Assembly: GCA_038087875.1 (NCBI GenBank)
Contig: CM075990.1
Span: forward strand, 12,154,001 to 12,218,000
DNA: 64,000 nt
Source of the DNA: Malacoraja senta
Taxonomy: Eukaryota
Reading direction: 5' to 3'
Below, in pieces: positions 41,141-55,178 of the stretch (position 1 is its first letter; every line of letters starts with the position of its first letter). A program made the position numbers and the translations under genes. The notes under the pieces are model-generated. The model had not been told where the DNA came from. It saw only the letters and a program-made list of their open reading frames with translations, and searched no databases.

Positions 41141-43649
41141 GCCTTGGCAGCTGCGGGCATTTTCGCTGAGGTTTGGTGCCAGGGTTAGCCTGCCCTGTAC
41201 TTCACAGTGGAAGCCTGTTGTTCCCTGACTCTGCCAACTCGAAGGAGCTTCCATTAAAACTCTCGTGTGAAATTGTGGGAGAGCTCTTGTTTCCCATTCA
41301 CGGGAAGTTGAGGTAATGCAGACATGCGGCAAAGCAGATAGCAAACCCGCTCCCAGTACCCCGGAAAGGCCTGCATTTCTGTAGCACCTATTGTGATCCC
41401 TTTATGCTACACGGCCACTGGTGTACTTATGAAATAAATCAAGGACAGCATGGAATTGATGGACTGAATGGTCTCCATGGTCATAAGAAAATGATCAATG
41501 TACAATACAATACAGGCATTGTCTGATGCAGGGAATGTGAATTGTGTGCACATTGGTTGCCACAAACTACTGGGGCAGTAATAGCCGAATTAAGACCATT
41601 TTGAGGCTGAGAGGAGAGATAGCTGATCCAAGCAGCCCGATTACATTGGGGATGTGGGAGGAAAATGGATCGATGGCTTAAGTTGCTGTGAATGAAGTTA
41701 GATTGTGGTGGGAAGTGAGGCTGCTATGATGGAGCATCATTCAGGCTGGCTTTCCCTTGCAGTTTAAGTGCAGCCGGCCAGCACTGATATGCCGCGTTGC
41801 TGCTGTCTTGGTATTAGTGTTTGCTTCTGCCCACTGGCAACATTCTCAACATTGAGCGACGAGGCTGTGGGCTGAGGGAGGGAAGCACAAACCTCAGGAC
41901 TGAAGGTTGGAATGTTGATCAGAGGAGACATTTAATCCAGCCTTTGGCTGTTACAGTCATAGTCATGCAGCATGGAGCTTGGCTCTTTGGCGCAACTAGT
42001 CCAATTCGCCCCATCTAAAGTAGTCCAATTCACCTGCATTTGATCCATTTGGGTGCCGCTCTTAACAACCGGAGCGCGGGCTGGACTTTGAAAATGGCGC
42101 CAAACCATGGCGTGTCTTGCACGTGGGCTCAGTGGTCTATTTCTGTACACTTTGCTAATCGAGGATGTGCTTGGACATGGGAATACTGTACTGGACTATC
42201 TGTGAGAAAAAAATTATCTGTACGTTTGCACCTGTGATAATAAAAGTACCATTAAACCTTTCCTATCCATGTACTTGTCCAAGTGCCCATTAAATGTTAT
42301 TATAGTACCAGTCTCAACTACCTCTGCTGGCAGCTTGTTTGATATACCCACACCTTCTGAGTGAAAAAGTTCCCCCCCAGGTTTCTGTAAATATCTTTCC
42401 CGACCTTGGGTAAAAGGCTGTGCATTCACACCATCAATTCACCTCATTGTGTCTCAGTGGATGAATCCTTGATACACTTTTGAATATGCAAGGCTATTTA
42501 TTTCCCGGTTTTGGCCAACATTTAACATCATTTGTGTTAAAGAAGGTACTGCAGATGCTGGAAAAGTTTAGCAGCTTTGGGAGATTGCAGTGCACTACCA
42601 GTGCGATCTATGTGGAGTTTGCATGTCTATTTGACCAAGGGGGCTCCATTATCTTCCCACATCCATAATATAATCTCATTGTTAGTTACCTGTTAGTTAT
42701 CTCTGGTGTAGGTGAGTTCCAGGAGAGCTGGGGGACTTGATAGAAATGAGAGGGAGACTAGGTTAGATGCAAATAAGTGCTTATTTGCATCTAATGATAG
42801 AAATACTCTGAGAGAAGGCGTGGACTTGACAGACGAAATAATATGAAAATAACATGCTGCATGTAATGACAAAACTAATCCCAGAAAATTTGTTAACTCA
42901 TTCATCAGGCGTCTGTGAGAATGTGGTTTTTATGCAGACAATTTGGATAGAACTGCACCCCATTCACAACATTTTTTAGTGAAATTAATCTTAGATTGAT
43001 AGACTCTTGATTAGTATGGGTGTCAGGGGTTATGGGGAGATGGCAGAGGAATGAGGTTGAGAGGGAAAGATAGATCAGCCGCAATTGACTGGCAGAGTAG
43101 ACTTGATGGGCCGAATGGCCTAACTCTGCTCCTATAACTTATGAACTTATGATTGGAGGACATTACCATAGTTTCTTTAAATTTCTTTCCGCCTCTGTTT
43201 AAGTGGGCTCAAATTGATTGTTGTACAATCTGTGCTTGCCGCATAATTAGACTTAAGACCATTTCCAACTCTTTGGCCAACTCATTATATTAAGGTCAAA
43301 TATAAATATACCTCAATTATCATAAAGGGCTTTGGGAAAGAGTTCACTGTGAAAAGAATCGAGTGTTTTTAAATTGTCACGTGTATGACCACCGAACAAT
43401 AAATCCTTGCTTGCAACAGCATAACAGGCCGGTAAACACAATATACATAGATAATATATAATAAACACAAATTCAATAAATAGCCCAAAACACACGCCCA
43501 AAATTATGTCATAAATCCCACCCACAATATAACGGCCAGTCTAAAATTTAAAGGCACATGCCATCATCAATGACATGCAAAACAAGCCAAATGGCCACTA
43601 CATTAATTGCAACCAAAACAAGTCCGTAGAAATTCATTGTCAAATCAAA

Positions 43650-44500
43650 ATCAAATCAAAATCAAAAACTTGATTTGCCATTTGTGCTTACACACATAGA
43701 AACTCTTGTGCGGTTGTTCAGAGAGTCAAGTCAAGTCAAGTTAAAAAGACACACAGAAAGACACATAATCTATAAAACATATACTTCTCTAGAAATAAAA
43801 AAGAAAGTGCCTAAAACCCTATATGTTTTGAGGTGGATCAGGACATCAGTTCATTTTGTTTTGGCCAAGAGTCTCACTGTGGCAGGGAAGAAGCTCTTGA
43901 AAAAGCGTGTTCTGTTTGTGGCGATGCTGTCCGCTCGTCTGTGCCTGAGGTTGTATGTGCAGTTTTTGTGTTTGAGCAGGGAGTGAGCTGGATGTAGTGT
44001 GTCTCTGATGATTCTCTCTGCTCTTTTTTGACAGCGCTGTGTGTAGATTGTTTCCATGGAGGGAAGTTCCATTCTGATAATCCTCTCTGCAGTCTTTATG
44101 ACTCTTTGCAGAGCCTTCCTCTCTGTCTATGTGGTGTTTCCATACCACACCGTGATGCCTGTGGTGAGGATGCTCTCTATCAGTCCTTTGTAGACCTGGG
44201 TGAGAGGGCGACAGTGCAGACCAGCTTTTCTGAGCAGCCTGATGAAGTACAGTCTCTGCTGGGCTTTTTTCACAGCAGTGTTCAAAGTCCAGTTCAGATC
44301 TGATGTTACTTGTAATCCCAGGTACCTGTAACTGTCAGCCCTCTCCACCACAGTCCCCTTGATGGGGCTGCAGGGGGGGTGGATTTTTCCTGAAGTCCAT
44401 TATTATTTCTCTTGTCTTGTCTGTGTTGAGGCTTAGGTCGTTCACCTCACCATAGGCAAGAATGTCGTTCACCAGATTCCTGTAGCCCGACTCGTCCCGA
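43650..44500 (-). mobile_element. Rex1/Babar-like LINE 3' fragment
   Basis: YRYLGLQVTSDLNWT, KKAQQRLYFIRLLRK, IESILTTGITVWYGN, RFFKSFFPATVRLL, and a (tttga)n tail. Confidence 0.8.
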
Positions 44501-44750
44501 CTCGAAAACATCGATAACCTCGATAACATTGTCGAGGTTATCGATGTGTTTAAGAGTCTAATGATTGTTGGGAAGAAGCTCTTCTTGAACCTGGAGGTAC
44601 ATTGTTTGATCTCCTTTCCCTTCTTGCCGATGGTAGGAGTGAAGTGAGAGCATGGCCAGGGTGGTGTGGGCCTCTGATGATATTGGCCGCCCATGCAAAT
44701 TCTTCCTTTCCAACTAAGATTTCAACTATTTGTTTGCGATTGTTTTCCAG

Positions 44751-44829
44751 GGTAAGACCGTGCGAGTTATTACGGCGTTGGACCAAGACCGAGGACGGCC
44801 TCGGGGAATTGGTTACACCATCGTTTCGG
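44751..44829 (+). CDS. cdh23: Cadherin-23 internal coding exon, 79 bp, phase 0/1
   Basis: ttttccAG acceptor (44749-44750) and GTaaga donor (44830). Translates GKTVRVITALDQDRGRPRGIGYTIVS(G), the expected continuation of CDH23 (recalled GTTVRIITAIDQDKGRPRGIGYTIVSG). Confidence 0.93.
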
Positions 44830-45140
44830 GTAAGAGAGTTGGTATTGCTTTGGTTTTATCGCCATTTTGCCTTCCATTGGTGAAAAGAGATGAGCAAGGA
44901 CCTCCATTTGTGGTGAAAGGAACTTGCAAATGCATCCAACAAGACTGGAAAACAAAGAATGAATAATAGAGCTATTGAGTAATGTCGCTGTCACAATTGG
45001 GAACATTGTGTAAACTGGTTATTGTGAAATGGAAGTCCCTTCTCATGAAGCCTGGTGGTTGTGACAGGAGCTCGGAGAGGTTTTCAATTACAACTCTGAG
45101 CAACATTAGCTAGCTTCATGTTGCTTTCTCTGGAACATAA

Positions 45141-45490
45141 AGTACCTGTCCCACTTAGGCTATTTTTTAGGTGACTACAGGCGACTAGGCTGTCGCCAGG
45201 GTGTCGCCTGTATTGTCGTGAGTCGTCTCCTCAGTCGCCCAAAGAGTCGGAGCGTCTTTCTGGTCGCTGCTGGATTTTTAACATGTTCAAAATTTTTTGC
45301 CGACAGTGGGTTTGACGCCAATGAGCGTAGCTTGACTTCTCCTGACGTAGGTGCTGTCGTAGGTTGTCGCCAGGCGATGTAGGATGTCGCCGGTGCTGAC
45401 TTTGGTGAATTCCATTGGCGACTACCTACGTCAACCGGCGACAGGTAGAGGCGACTGAATTGTCTTCAGTTGTCGCACCAAGTCGTATCT
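45141..45490. mobile_element. Harbinger-type MITE, right end missing (gtcgcc/ggcgac family)
   Basis: TAA then agtacctgtcccactt, many gtcgcc/ggcgac motifs, and central ttttaacatgttcaaaa. Confidence 0.68.
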
Positions 45491-45809
45491 GTAACAATTT
45501 AAACTAGAAGCTATGTTTACTGAAAGTAGAGTGATCTCTCCTGCCGAATGCAGTCAGTGGAAGTTAGCCACATAACAGAGATTCTGGGGAAATCAAACCT
45601 TAGTCAGCTTCAGAAGAGTTCAAATGAAAGAATTGCGTAGTCACCTTCGTAATCTGAGTCATGAGTGTGGTGGTTAGGTTCCTTGTCACTTGTTCAGAAG
45701 GATGACAGATTTAAATGTGCACCCAGAAAAATCATTACAAGTATGCAGGCCAACACTTGGCATGAGTCAAGCTGTGAGGAAGAACAAGTGACTCAGACTA
45801 ACACAGAGA

Positions 45810-46120
45810 TTTGAGTGCGTCATCAAAGGAGTGACACCCTGTCAAAGATGTTGCCTTAGAGATAGAACATTAAGCCAAGGCCCTGTCTGGTGTGCCAGCT
45901 AACTGTAAAAGATTACATTAACACGATTGCAAAAAAGAAAACTGGGAGATATCCCGTGGCCTGGCCAATATTCATCACCAACCAAAGCAAACCATATCTG
46001 TCCTCCAACATATCGTATCTGACTGAGCTCGTCATGCATATTAGCTGCCACATTTCCTGCATGACATTGTGACTGCACTTCCAAAAAATGTCATTGGCTG
46101 CAAAGCAATTCAGGACAAGC
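45810..46120 (+). mobile_element. Ancient Deu-domain SINE relic (SacSINE1/AmnSINE1-like)
   Basis: Degenerate match to the recalled Deu-SINE core (attaagccaaggccctgtctg..gtaaaagat..cctggccaatattcatc..cattggctgcaaagc). Similar relics at ~28180-28490, ~48170-48600 and ~53650-53820. Confidence 0.5.
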
Positions 46121-48310
46121 TGAAAAAATGCTCTGGAATTGCTCTCTGGGTTTCCAGTCATCGCTCCAAAGCCATGCAACACACTAATGTGTCTCTTTAA
46201 CCTTTTGGCGACCAGTTAAAAGGCCACGGTTAGCTAAACAACTGATTGTGGCCACTTCTCTCCGAAACTACCAGCCCGCAAATAAAAGCAATTTGGAAAT
46301 TTGGTCCCTGAGGAAAGTGACTGATATTAATCCTTACCTGGAGAGACAGGGGCAGAGAATCAAAATTCCACGTGTAATACCAAACGCGACAAATTAGTTT
46401 ACCACTGGCTCTGGGCATCCCAACGCACTTTGCTCACAAGATCTCACTTCATTCAGTTCACAAGAAGAGAAAGCCTGCCCTCAGGGACCTGAATTTTATG
46501 TTCGGTTCAAATCATTACAGTTGTGTAACAAAAAGCCACATGACTTTTGTATTATAGTAATGGACCCACTTGAGCGCAAGTCAGAAATTAAATGCACTTT
46601 TCAATCAAAGCCCTTGATTGTGTTTTTTTTGTGCTTTGTTAACTCAGGGAAGGATTACGTTAAGTGAGTAATTGGATCTTGGAGCTTGTTTGTGTCAGGA
46701 GTTCATTAATTCACTCCATTTCTTTTTGAAAGTGCATGTGCGCATCTGTAATTTTACAGCCACGCAATCAATTATGGCCTTTGAAGAAAGAAGGTCTCGA
46801 GGAATCAGTAAGGCCTGGAAATATTTCAATAAAAAGTTAACCATTAAAAGATCAAATAAGAATGTATGAAACAGGGAAGTCAAGGAAGTAGTGATCACGA
46901 GCCCAACAAAATTTAAGGTCTGAAGAAGGGTCCCGACCTGAATCGTCACCTATCCATGTTCTCCCAGGATTCTGCCTGACCCACTGCGTTACTCCCGCAC
47001 TTTGTGTCCTTTTGATATGTGAAATGGGAATCAATCCAACACCATTTCCGCCTGTTTTGCTGTTGAGTAAGATTATGATGGACATTCTGCCTATCATCTA
47101 TTCTCTGACCAGTGCCATGAATCTTTAGATTAGATTAGAGATCCGGAGCGGAAACAGGCCCTTTGGCCCAGCGCGTCCGCGCCAAGCAGCGACCCCCGTA
47201 CACGAGCGCTATCCTACATATTAGGGACAATTTACAATTTTTACAGAAGCTAATTAACCTACAAACTTGCACGTCTTTGGAGTGTGGGAGGAAACCAGAG
47301 AAAACACACGCGGTCACGGGGAGAACGTACAAACTCCGTACAGACAGAACTCATAGCCAGGATCGAAACTGGGTCCCTGGCGCTGTAAGGCAGCAACGCT
47401 ACTGCTTCACCACCGTGCCACCCTCCTCTTGATTTCTCCCAGTCTCTTATCATAGACAGATCAATGATAAGTATTCATCTACTTGAATGACTGCAATTTT
47501 AATAAATGAAAGAATACAAATTGCTCATTGTACCTTGAGCGAAGAATAGACTGCTATATTTTTACCTGCCCTTATGAATTTTGAAAGGTAGCTCTGCCAC
47601 TGTGGCTCGAGTGCAGAATATGAAGAAAATTTGAAGACTATTCTGGTTCCAGAGATTTAATAAATGGATTTATTTTAACAGCTATGACAATGTTTTAGAT
47701 CCAGGCGTCATGATCAATGTGTAACCTCTGTACTCTGCACATCTGCTGATGCATAGGAGCAGACACGTCCTGTTTCTTGGGAAATGGAGTTTAAAGATAC
47801 AGCGCGGGAACAGGCCCTTCGGCCCATTGGATCAACGCTGACCTGTGATCCCCGCACACTAATGCTATCCTACACACACTAGGGACAATTTACAATTATG
47901 CCCAGCCAATTAACCTACAAGCCTGTGCATCATAAGTCCCATCTACACTAGTCCCACCTGGCCCATATCCCTGCAAACCTATCCTATCCATGCACCAATC
48001 TACATATTTCTTCAACGTTGTCAGAGTAAATACATTGTTGGTTTGTGTCACTCACCAGAATGAGCACAAAGCTTACCCTGAGGATCTACCCTAAAGAACT
48101 CCTGCAGTGTTTACCCGTGGTTGAGATAATTGATCTGAAGGCCCCATTAATCATTCCTTACAAGAGCAGAGCTTTCCTTGATGTCTGCCAACATTCATGC
48201 CTTTACAGCATAGATGTGTAATATCTGATGATTATAACATTGCTAATAATGGGAGCTTGCTGTGCATAAACAGACTGCCACGTATCCTGTATTACACCTG
48301 CAGAATACAT

Positions 48311-48516
48311 GTGTAGGAAGGAACTACAGATGCCGGTATAAACCGAAGATAGACACAAAATGCTGGAGTAACTCAGCGGGACAGGCCGCATCTCTGGAGA
48401 GATGGAAAAGGTGACGTTTCGGGTCGAGACCCTTCTTCAGACCCGAAATGTCACCCATTCCTTCCCTCCAGAGATGCTGCCTGTCCCGCTGAGTTACTCC
48501 AGCATTTTGTGTCTAT
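48311..48516. mobile_element. Inverted pair of short PLE ends with TSD
   Basis: Same architecture. Flanks cctgcagaatacat (48297-48310) and cctgaaaaatacat (48517-48530), 12/14 identical. Confidence 0.75.
48413..48440 (-). ncRNA. Minimal hammerhead-ribozyme-like motif in a PLE end
   Basis: The reverse complement reads CTGAAGAAGGGTCTCGACCCGAAACGTC, identical to 39815-39842. Confidence 0.55.
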
Positions 48517-50788
48517 CCTGAAAAATACATAACTGGTTGTGAAGTGCTCGGGGATGTCCTGAGGTTCTCAAGGTGCTATATAAATGCAAATCTGCACTTT
48601 TAAAATACACAAGTCACCATCCCAAGTCTTTATCTGTTTCTCTCTCCACAATTGCTCCTGAGCACTCCCAATATTCTCCACTTTTCTTTGAATTTTCTTT
48701 TACTTATTTTTCTTGAAAGAAAAAAGTGTTTGGGTCAGCAAGCATTCCATTACAGCCTTAAAATGCCTACAAACATCCATCTCATTCATGTCGAAAAGCA
48801 TTTTCTATATATTCACGTTTTTCATAAGGCAGAACGTCAACAAGACCTTACTAATAAAGCACACTGCATTTAAAATAGCCAGCTTCAATTTACAATCAAA
48901 TGCATCTGAGAATTTGATTAAATCACATTGAGTTCTGCTCAAGGTTGAATAACCCTTCCCAGTCGATAGTTGCCACTTTCGCTAACAGATACCAATTTAT
49001 TGGTCTCAAAGGCTTGACATATCAATCCCATTTGCTCAGGAGGAGATCGTTAATTTGTAATTAAAACTCATAATTTCAGCATGAGATTCATTAGCTACGT
49101 AGGGAGGGACATCAGTTGTTAATGGTTCACCACTAGCCTGCTCGTGATTCTGTATCATTCTTGCCGAGACCGGTGTTTCGATGTTCAAGCACTTTACATT
49201 TATCCTTTGATCAACAGTGTCAAAAAAATAAGGTTTGCCATTGAAAGTGTTGTTTGAGTGAGGTTCGTGTGTGGTAATTGGGTGTCATGCATTGTATGTT
49301 CAAACAGTGAATGCCCTCCAAAACTGCTGCGTTGGCTGAAAGGTTTTAGCTATTAAAGGCACTGCACAAACACAAGTCTTTCCTCTTACATTGACACCAA
49401 TTCAGGATGGTGTCTTAATCCAGGATGATGGATTGTGAAAAATCTTTCAGCTGCATCTCCTTTTTAGTTTAGAAATACAGAGTGGAAAGCAGGCCCTTGG
49501 CCACTGGGTACAGGCCGACCAGCAATCATCTATACACGAGTTCCATCCGAAGCACGAGGGCAGTTTACACAAACCAATTAACCTACAAAAACCTGCAGGT
49601 CTTTGGAATGTGGGAGGGAACTAGAGATCCCGGAGAAAACCCACGTGGTCACTGAGAGAACGTACGAACTCCACACAGACAGCATCCGTAGTCAGGATCA
49701 AACCTTGGTCTCTGGCGCTGCAAGGTAGCAACTCTACCATTGTGCCATCCTAGCAAGGTTGTATTTTTGGTGCAGTGCGGCGGCAACTCCACTGTTGTGT
49801 TGTGCCACTATGCCGCCCATTAGAGTCCAATGGTAAAGAAAACCCACGCAGTCACAAGGATAACATGCAAACTCCACACAGACAGCACCCGAGCTCAGGA
49901 TCGAACCCGGGACACTAGCGTTGTGAGGCAGCAGCTCTACCAGCTGCATCACTGTGCCGTTCTCTTGCCATCAGCATTACAGACATTTAATAACCCACGT
50001 GCAATGGTGGGATTCGAACTCGCATCAGCAGACTGACGGGTCAGGCCATCGGATATTAGCCCAGTATCTCAACCACTCTGCTGCAACAGCCTGTAATATC
50101 TACAAGATGTTAATGGTACTAAAATAATCGTACATATCCCTGCAAGTGTCCAATATACTTGTTTGCAATTGCCCATTTTGTATTTTCTTATCATCTTCCC
50201 ACTCGGCACAATGGCCCAGCAGTAGAGTTGTAGCATCAGAGACCCGGGTTCAATCCTGACCACGGGCCCTGTATGTACGGAGTTTGTACCTTCTCCCCAT
50301 GACCTGCATGGGATCTCCCGTTTCCTCCCACAACCCTATGATGTACAGGTGTGTAGGTTAATTGGCAGGGTATAAATGTAAAATTGTCCCTAGTGTGTGT
50401 TGGATAGCATTAGTGTGCGGGCTTTGCTGGTCGGTGCAGACTCGGTGGGCCGAATGGCCTGTTTCTGTGCTGTATCTCTAAACTAAACTAAACTAAAATA
50501 TGGATGGTTTCCTGCAGTTGGTTCTTTGGAATGAAACTGATGAAATTGAGTGGGGCGTGAGTGTGGGAACGCTCAGTGGGATGGCAATACAAGATCAAGA
50601 TTCATCCCCAAGGATATTTCTCCTTTGCTTAATGACCACTCTCAATTGGTAAACCAGGTTGGCTGAATAACTAATACTTCAGATTCTTGTTGGTCAAATG
50701 GTGATGATCAGCCATTTGGCCTTTTCACAAGTATCTTATTGTAAAGTGTAATAGGCAGTTAAATAATACATGCTTTGATACAGTTTTA

Positions 50789-51000
50789 AACCCCTGTCCC
50801 ACGGTATGAGTCCATTCCAAGAGTTCTCCCGAGTTTGCCCTGATTCGAACTCGGAGATTTACGGTAATGGCCATACCGGGTAATGGCCATACCGGAGCTC
50901 CGACGTACCCGCTACGTTCGTTCTCCGTGCTTACCACGAGTTTGATTTTTTTAAAACTCAGGAGAGCTCTTGGAATGAACTCGCACCGTGGGACAGGCTA
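50789..51000. mobile_element. Harbinger-type MITE, internally deleted inverted copy of the 4882-5200 family
   Basis: aacccctgtcccacggtatgag...gtgggacaggcta with TTA on both sides. Short duplication ggtaatggccataccg at the deletion junction. Confidence 0.82.
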
Positions 51001-51298
51001 TTATTAGTTATAAGATACATTTGTTTGACGACTTGTATCGAGCTATCTTACCTTCACTGGCTGTTGCTTTTCTTCTGCTTCAGCAGAAGTGGCGCAGCGG
51101 TAGAGTTGCTGCCTTACAGTGCCAGAGACCTGGGTTCGATCCTGACACGGGTGCTGTCTGTGTGGAGTTTGCACATTCTCCCTGTGACTGAGTGGATTTT
51201 CTCAGGATGCTCCCAGTTTTCTCCCACATTCCAAAGACGCGCAGGTTTGAAGGTTAATTGGTTTCTATAAATTGCCCCTCGTGTGTACGATAGAATTA

Positions 51299-51607
51299 AG
51301 GGGCTGTCCCACTGTACGAGGTAATTCAAGAGCTCTCCCGAGTTTAAAAAAAAAATCAAACTCGTGGTAAGCACGTAGAATGTACGTAGCGGCTACGTCG
51401 GAGCTCGTGGACTTGTCGTAGCGGCTCGTAACGCTAACGGCAGGTACTCGGGAAACGCGGTGACTCGTGAAGTTTTTTCAGCACTGTGAAAAATGTCCAC
51501 GAGAGCCCCGAGTACCTACGAACGGCTATTACCGTAATTCTCCGAGTTCGAATCAGGGGAAAACTCGGGAGAACTCTTGAATTACCTCGTACAGTGGGAC
51601 AGGCCCT
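51299..51607. mobile_element. Harbinger-type MITE (ctcggga family) inside a V-SINE
   Basis: aggggctgtcccactgtacgaggtaattcaagag...ctcttgaattacctcgtacagtgggacaggccct with TTA TSD (51296-51298, 51608-51610). Confidence 0.88.
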
Positions 51608-52059
51608 TTAGTGTGCAGTTGATCGCTGGTCGGCGCGGACCCGTTGGGCTAAAAGGGCCTGTTTCCATGCTGTAACCCTACAACTTAAACTGTAGGTTGG
51701 TACCTGATGGATCAACATGGATGGAGGGGTCTGAAGCACTGCCGTGGAGTGGGGCTAATTGCACAGGATTTTCCCAGGCACAATAGATGCATTGCCTTAG
51801 ATAGACACAAAAAGGTGGAGTAACTCAGCAGGACAGGCAGCATCTCTGGAGAGAAGGAATGGCTGAGGTTTCGGGTCGAGACACTTCCGCATTGCCTTGT
51901 TTGTGCTGTGTAGTTCTGTGATTCTGCTGCAGTGAACGTGGATGGTTTGAGAGAATTTCAAATGAACATTTTAATCTCTTTGTCATCCCACCTCGTTCTC
52001 TGTGCACGCTGTCAGGGGAGCAAAATAAATAATTTTCTGCCAGTCTAGTCATTGTGATA

Positions 52060-53180
52060 ATAATAAAACTTTATTTAGATAGCACTTTCCCTACAATTGA
52101 ATGCAACCCAAAGTGCTTTCCACAGGTCTAAACAAAGTACAATATAAAACAGAAAGAACATAGGCAGTTAATAGCATAAAAAGCACAGATTGGTACAAAA
52201 ATATAGAATATTAAATTGAGAGGGTAAAAGGACAAAGGAAGTAAAGTCAGTTAAAAGCTTGATTGAAAAGATAAGTTTTTAGCTGCCGTTTAAAAATGTC
52301 AATTGAGTGGGCGTCTCTCGTAGCCCCCCTGGGTTGGATATTCCACAGCTTGGGGGCGTCATCGAAAAAGGCTGCTTCAATTTTCTTATTGATGCGGCAT
52401 TGAGAGTCTAACAGGCATCAGAAGACCTGAGTGCTCGAGTAGGGGCAAAGGGAAGGAGGGACTCTGTAAATTATGCTGCTCCAGAGACATTTAGGGCTTC
52501 ATAGACAAGAGGAGGACCACCATCGTGGCTTGGTTCAGCAACTTGAGTGCCCTGGAGAGGAAAAGACTACAAAAAGTAGTAAACACTGCCCAGTCCATCA
52601 TCGGCTCTGACCTCCCTTCCATCGAGGGGATCTATCGCAGTCGCTGCCTCAAAAAGGCTGGCAGTATCATCAAAGACCCACACCATCCTGGCCACACACT
52701 CATCTCCCTGCTACCTGAAGACTGCAACAACCAGGTTCAGGAATAGCTACTTCCCCACAGCCATCAGGCTATTAAACCTGGCTCGGACAAAATTCTGATC
52801 ATTAATAACCAATTATCTGTTATTTGCACTTGATCAGTTTATTTATTCATGTGTGTATATATTTATATAATGGTATATGGACACACTGATCTGTTTTGTA
52901 GTCAATGCCTACTATGTTCTGTGTGCTGAAGCAAAGCAAGAATTTCATTGTCCTATCAGGGACACATGACAATAAACTCACTTGAACTTGAACTTATAGT
53001 CTATCCTGGATCTCACAGGGAGCCAATGAAGGGAGTATAATACTGGGGTGATATGTTCCCTTTTCTTGGTATTTGCGGCATTTTGAATGAGCAGTAACTT
53101 GTTGGTGGATTTTGAAGGCAGACCGGTAAATAAGGCATTACAGTAATCAAGTCTGCGAGTTATGAAAGCAGGTATGAATA
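52060..53180 (-). mobile_element. Old L2 LINE 3' fragment interrupted by a + strand Rex-like 3' end (~52520-52995)
   Basis: The minus strand near 53120-53160 reads RLDYCNALFTGLP. The insert reads ERKRLQKVVNTAQSIIGSDLPSIE..DPHHPGH with a cttgaa tail. Confidence 0.65.
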
Positions 53181-54999
53181 CTTGGTGCTGGATGTTGTTA
53201 TGTCACTTACACGCCCAGAGACTTGTGAATTACTCAATACTGCCTTTCAGCACAAGCATTTTGTGCATATTTATAGCCGGAATCAAAATGGCCCTGATAA
53301 GAATGAGCATCACTGACAATGGTCATAAAAAATAAGCTGTGGATGGACCCACCATATATTAAGTGAACTGTTTGTGAGGGAGATTGCTTCTCCACAGCAG
53401 AAATGTTGGGGGGGAATTTAATTCCAGACTATACACTTCAGTGTGCTTCTTCAAAGTCCTGAATATTATCGACCAATTTTTTTTCTGCATGATTGCTCTG
53501 TTACGGTTGGCCAACGCACCACATCTTTGATCTATCATGCAATTCCACGGTGTCTAGACAGTGTTCCTTCGTAGCTGGGTCAAGACGCTGGGAAAAAAAT
53601 AAACCATGTGGCTCAGAAAGCTGGTTTTAAGCGAAAAAATGTTCTTGCTTAAACCTGTCACTTGTGGCTGCTAAATTGCACCGTGTATCTCAGCTCATGG
53701 CAAAGGTGCGGTAATTCTTGAAGAGAATCTCGCCACTGGGGGAAACATTTCTTTCTGTTTTATTCACCCCCGGGAGAGGTTGTGCGCATTTGTGCATTTA
53801 CCTGCACATCCCCGATATCACAACCAGTCGCAACGTGGAGAAACAAGGAATTGCAGATGCTGGTGGATACACAAAAAGACCACCAAGTGCTGGAGTAAAC
53901 TCAGCAGGTCAGGCAGCATGCCTGAAAAACATGGGCAGGTGACATTGTGGGTCAAGACCCTTGGTGTATTGTGGCGTAGTCTGTGATGTTTTACAGTTTA
54001 AAAATGTTCCAGGCCCTCAAGAATAATGCGACCATTGTAATTACATTCTGTGACTGTGATTTTGATGGCGTTTTAAACTTCTAATAAAGCAAGTGAAGAT
54101 TGACCCAAACTCTCCACTGATGCCACCTGAGCTGCCGGGTATTTTCAACAATGTTTCTTTATGTTTGGGCATTTCCATGTCTCGTTCAGAAAGAGATATG
54201 TTGCAGAACTTTTACAAATGGAACTGAGTTTCTGCAAAAAATATCTCTGGAGTTAAAGGGCTTCATGGTGGCTCAGAGGGAGAGTTGCTGCCTTACAGCA
54301 CCAGAGACAGGGGTTCGATCCTGACTTCGGGTGCTGTCTGTACGGAGTTTGTATGCTCTCCCTGTGACCGCTTGGGTTTTCTCCAGGTTCTACGGTTTCC
54401 TCCCACACCCCCAAGACGTACAGGTTTGTAGATTAATTGGCTTTGGTAAAATTGTTAAATTGTCCCTAGTGTGTAGAATAGTCTTAGTGTATGGGGATCG
54501 CTGGTCGGTGCAGACTCAGTGGGCCGAAGGGCCAGTTTCTGCACTGTATCTCTATAGTCAGAACACAGAGGATGTAACTACTCTGAAAGGCAAACACATG
54601 GTCAGGGGTGACTACATTCGGGATTGGGGGAATGCTGCAGATGTGGCCCAGTGTATGAGATGCTAAAATGAGACATCGTCTACCACTTGCTGTTCTATTA
54701 GTGCGAGTGTACAGGGTGATCGCTGGTCGGCATGGGCTCGGCGGGCCGAAGGGCCTCTTTCTACGCTGTATCTCTGAAGTCTAGTCTAAAGTCCACACAT
54801 GACAGGAAGACTGAGACCAAGGAACAGGACATGAAACAGCAGTAACGTGAAATAAAGGGAGAATGGAGGTATATAGAGATGTAAAATGGAAATTTAGTGT
54901 TAATGGTCCCTTGCAACAAGATATGTAACAGTGCAATTTCACTGTTTCCCTTCAGGGTCTTCATGGTTAAATCATATGTCAGGCATCCATTCCATATTA

Positions 55000-55178
55000 C
55001 AGATGCTCCCCGATTTACGATGTTTCGACTCATGATATTTTGACTTTACGATGGTGCAAACGCTGGGTAATGGCAGCGAGCCGCAGCGCACGTCCCGTCA
55101 CGTGATCACATTGTATTAAATGCGTTTCCGACTTCCGATATTTTTGATTTACGATGGGTTTATTGGAACATAACCCCA
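55000..55178. mobile_element. Tigger/pogo-type (Tc1-mariner) MITE fragment resembling MER47/Tigger5
   Basis: TA then cagatgctccccgatttacgatg, with repeated (ac)ttacgat motifs and tacgatgggtttattggaacataacccca. The right TIR is missing. Family assignment is from recall. Confidence 0.6.
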
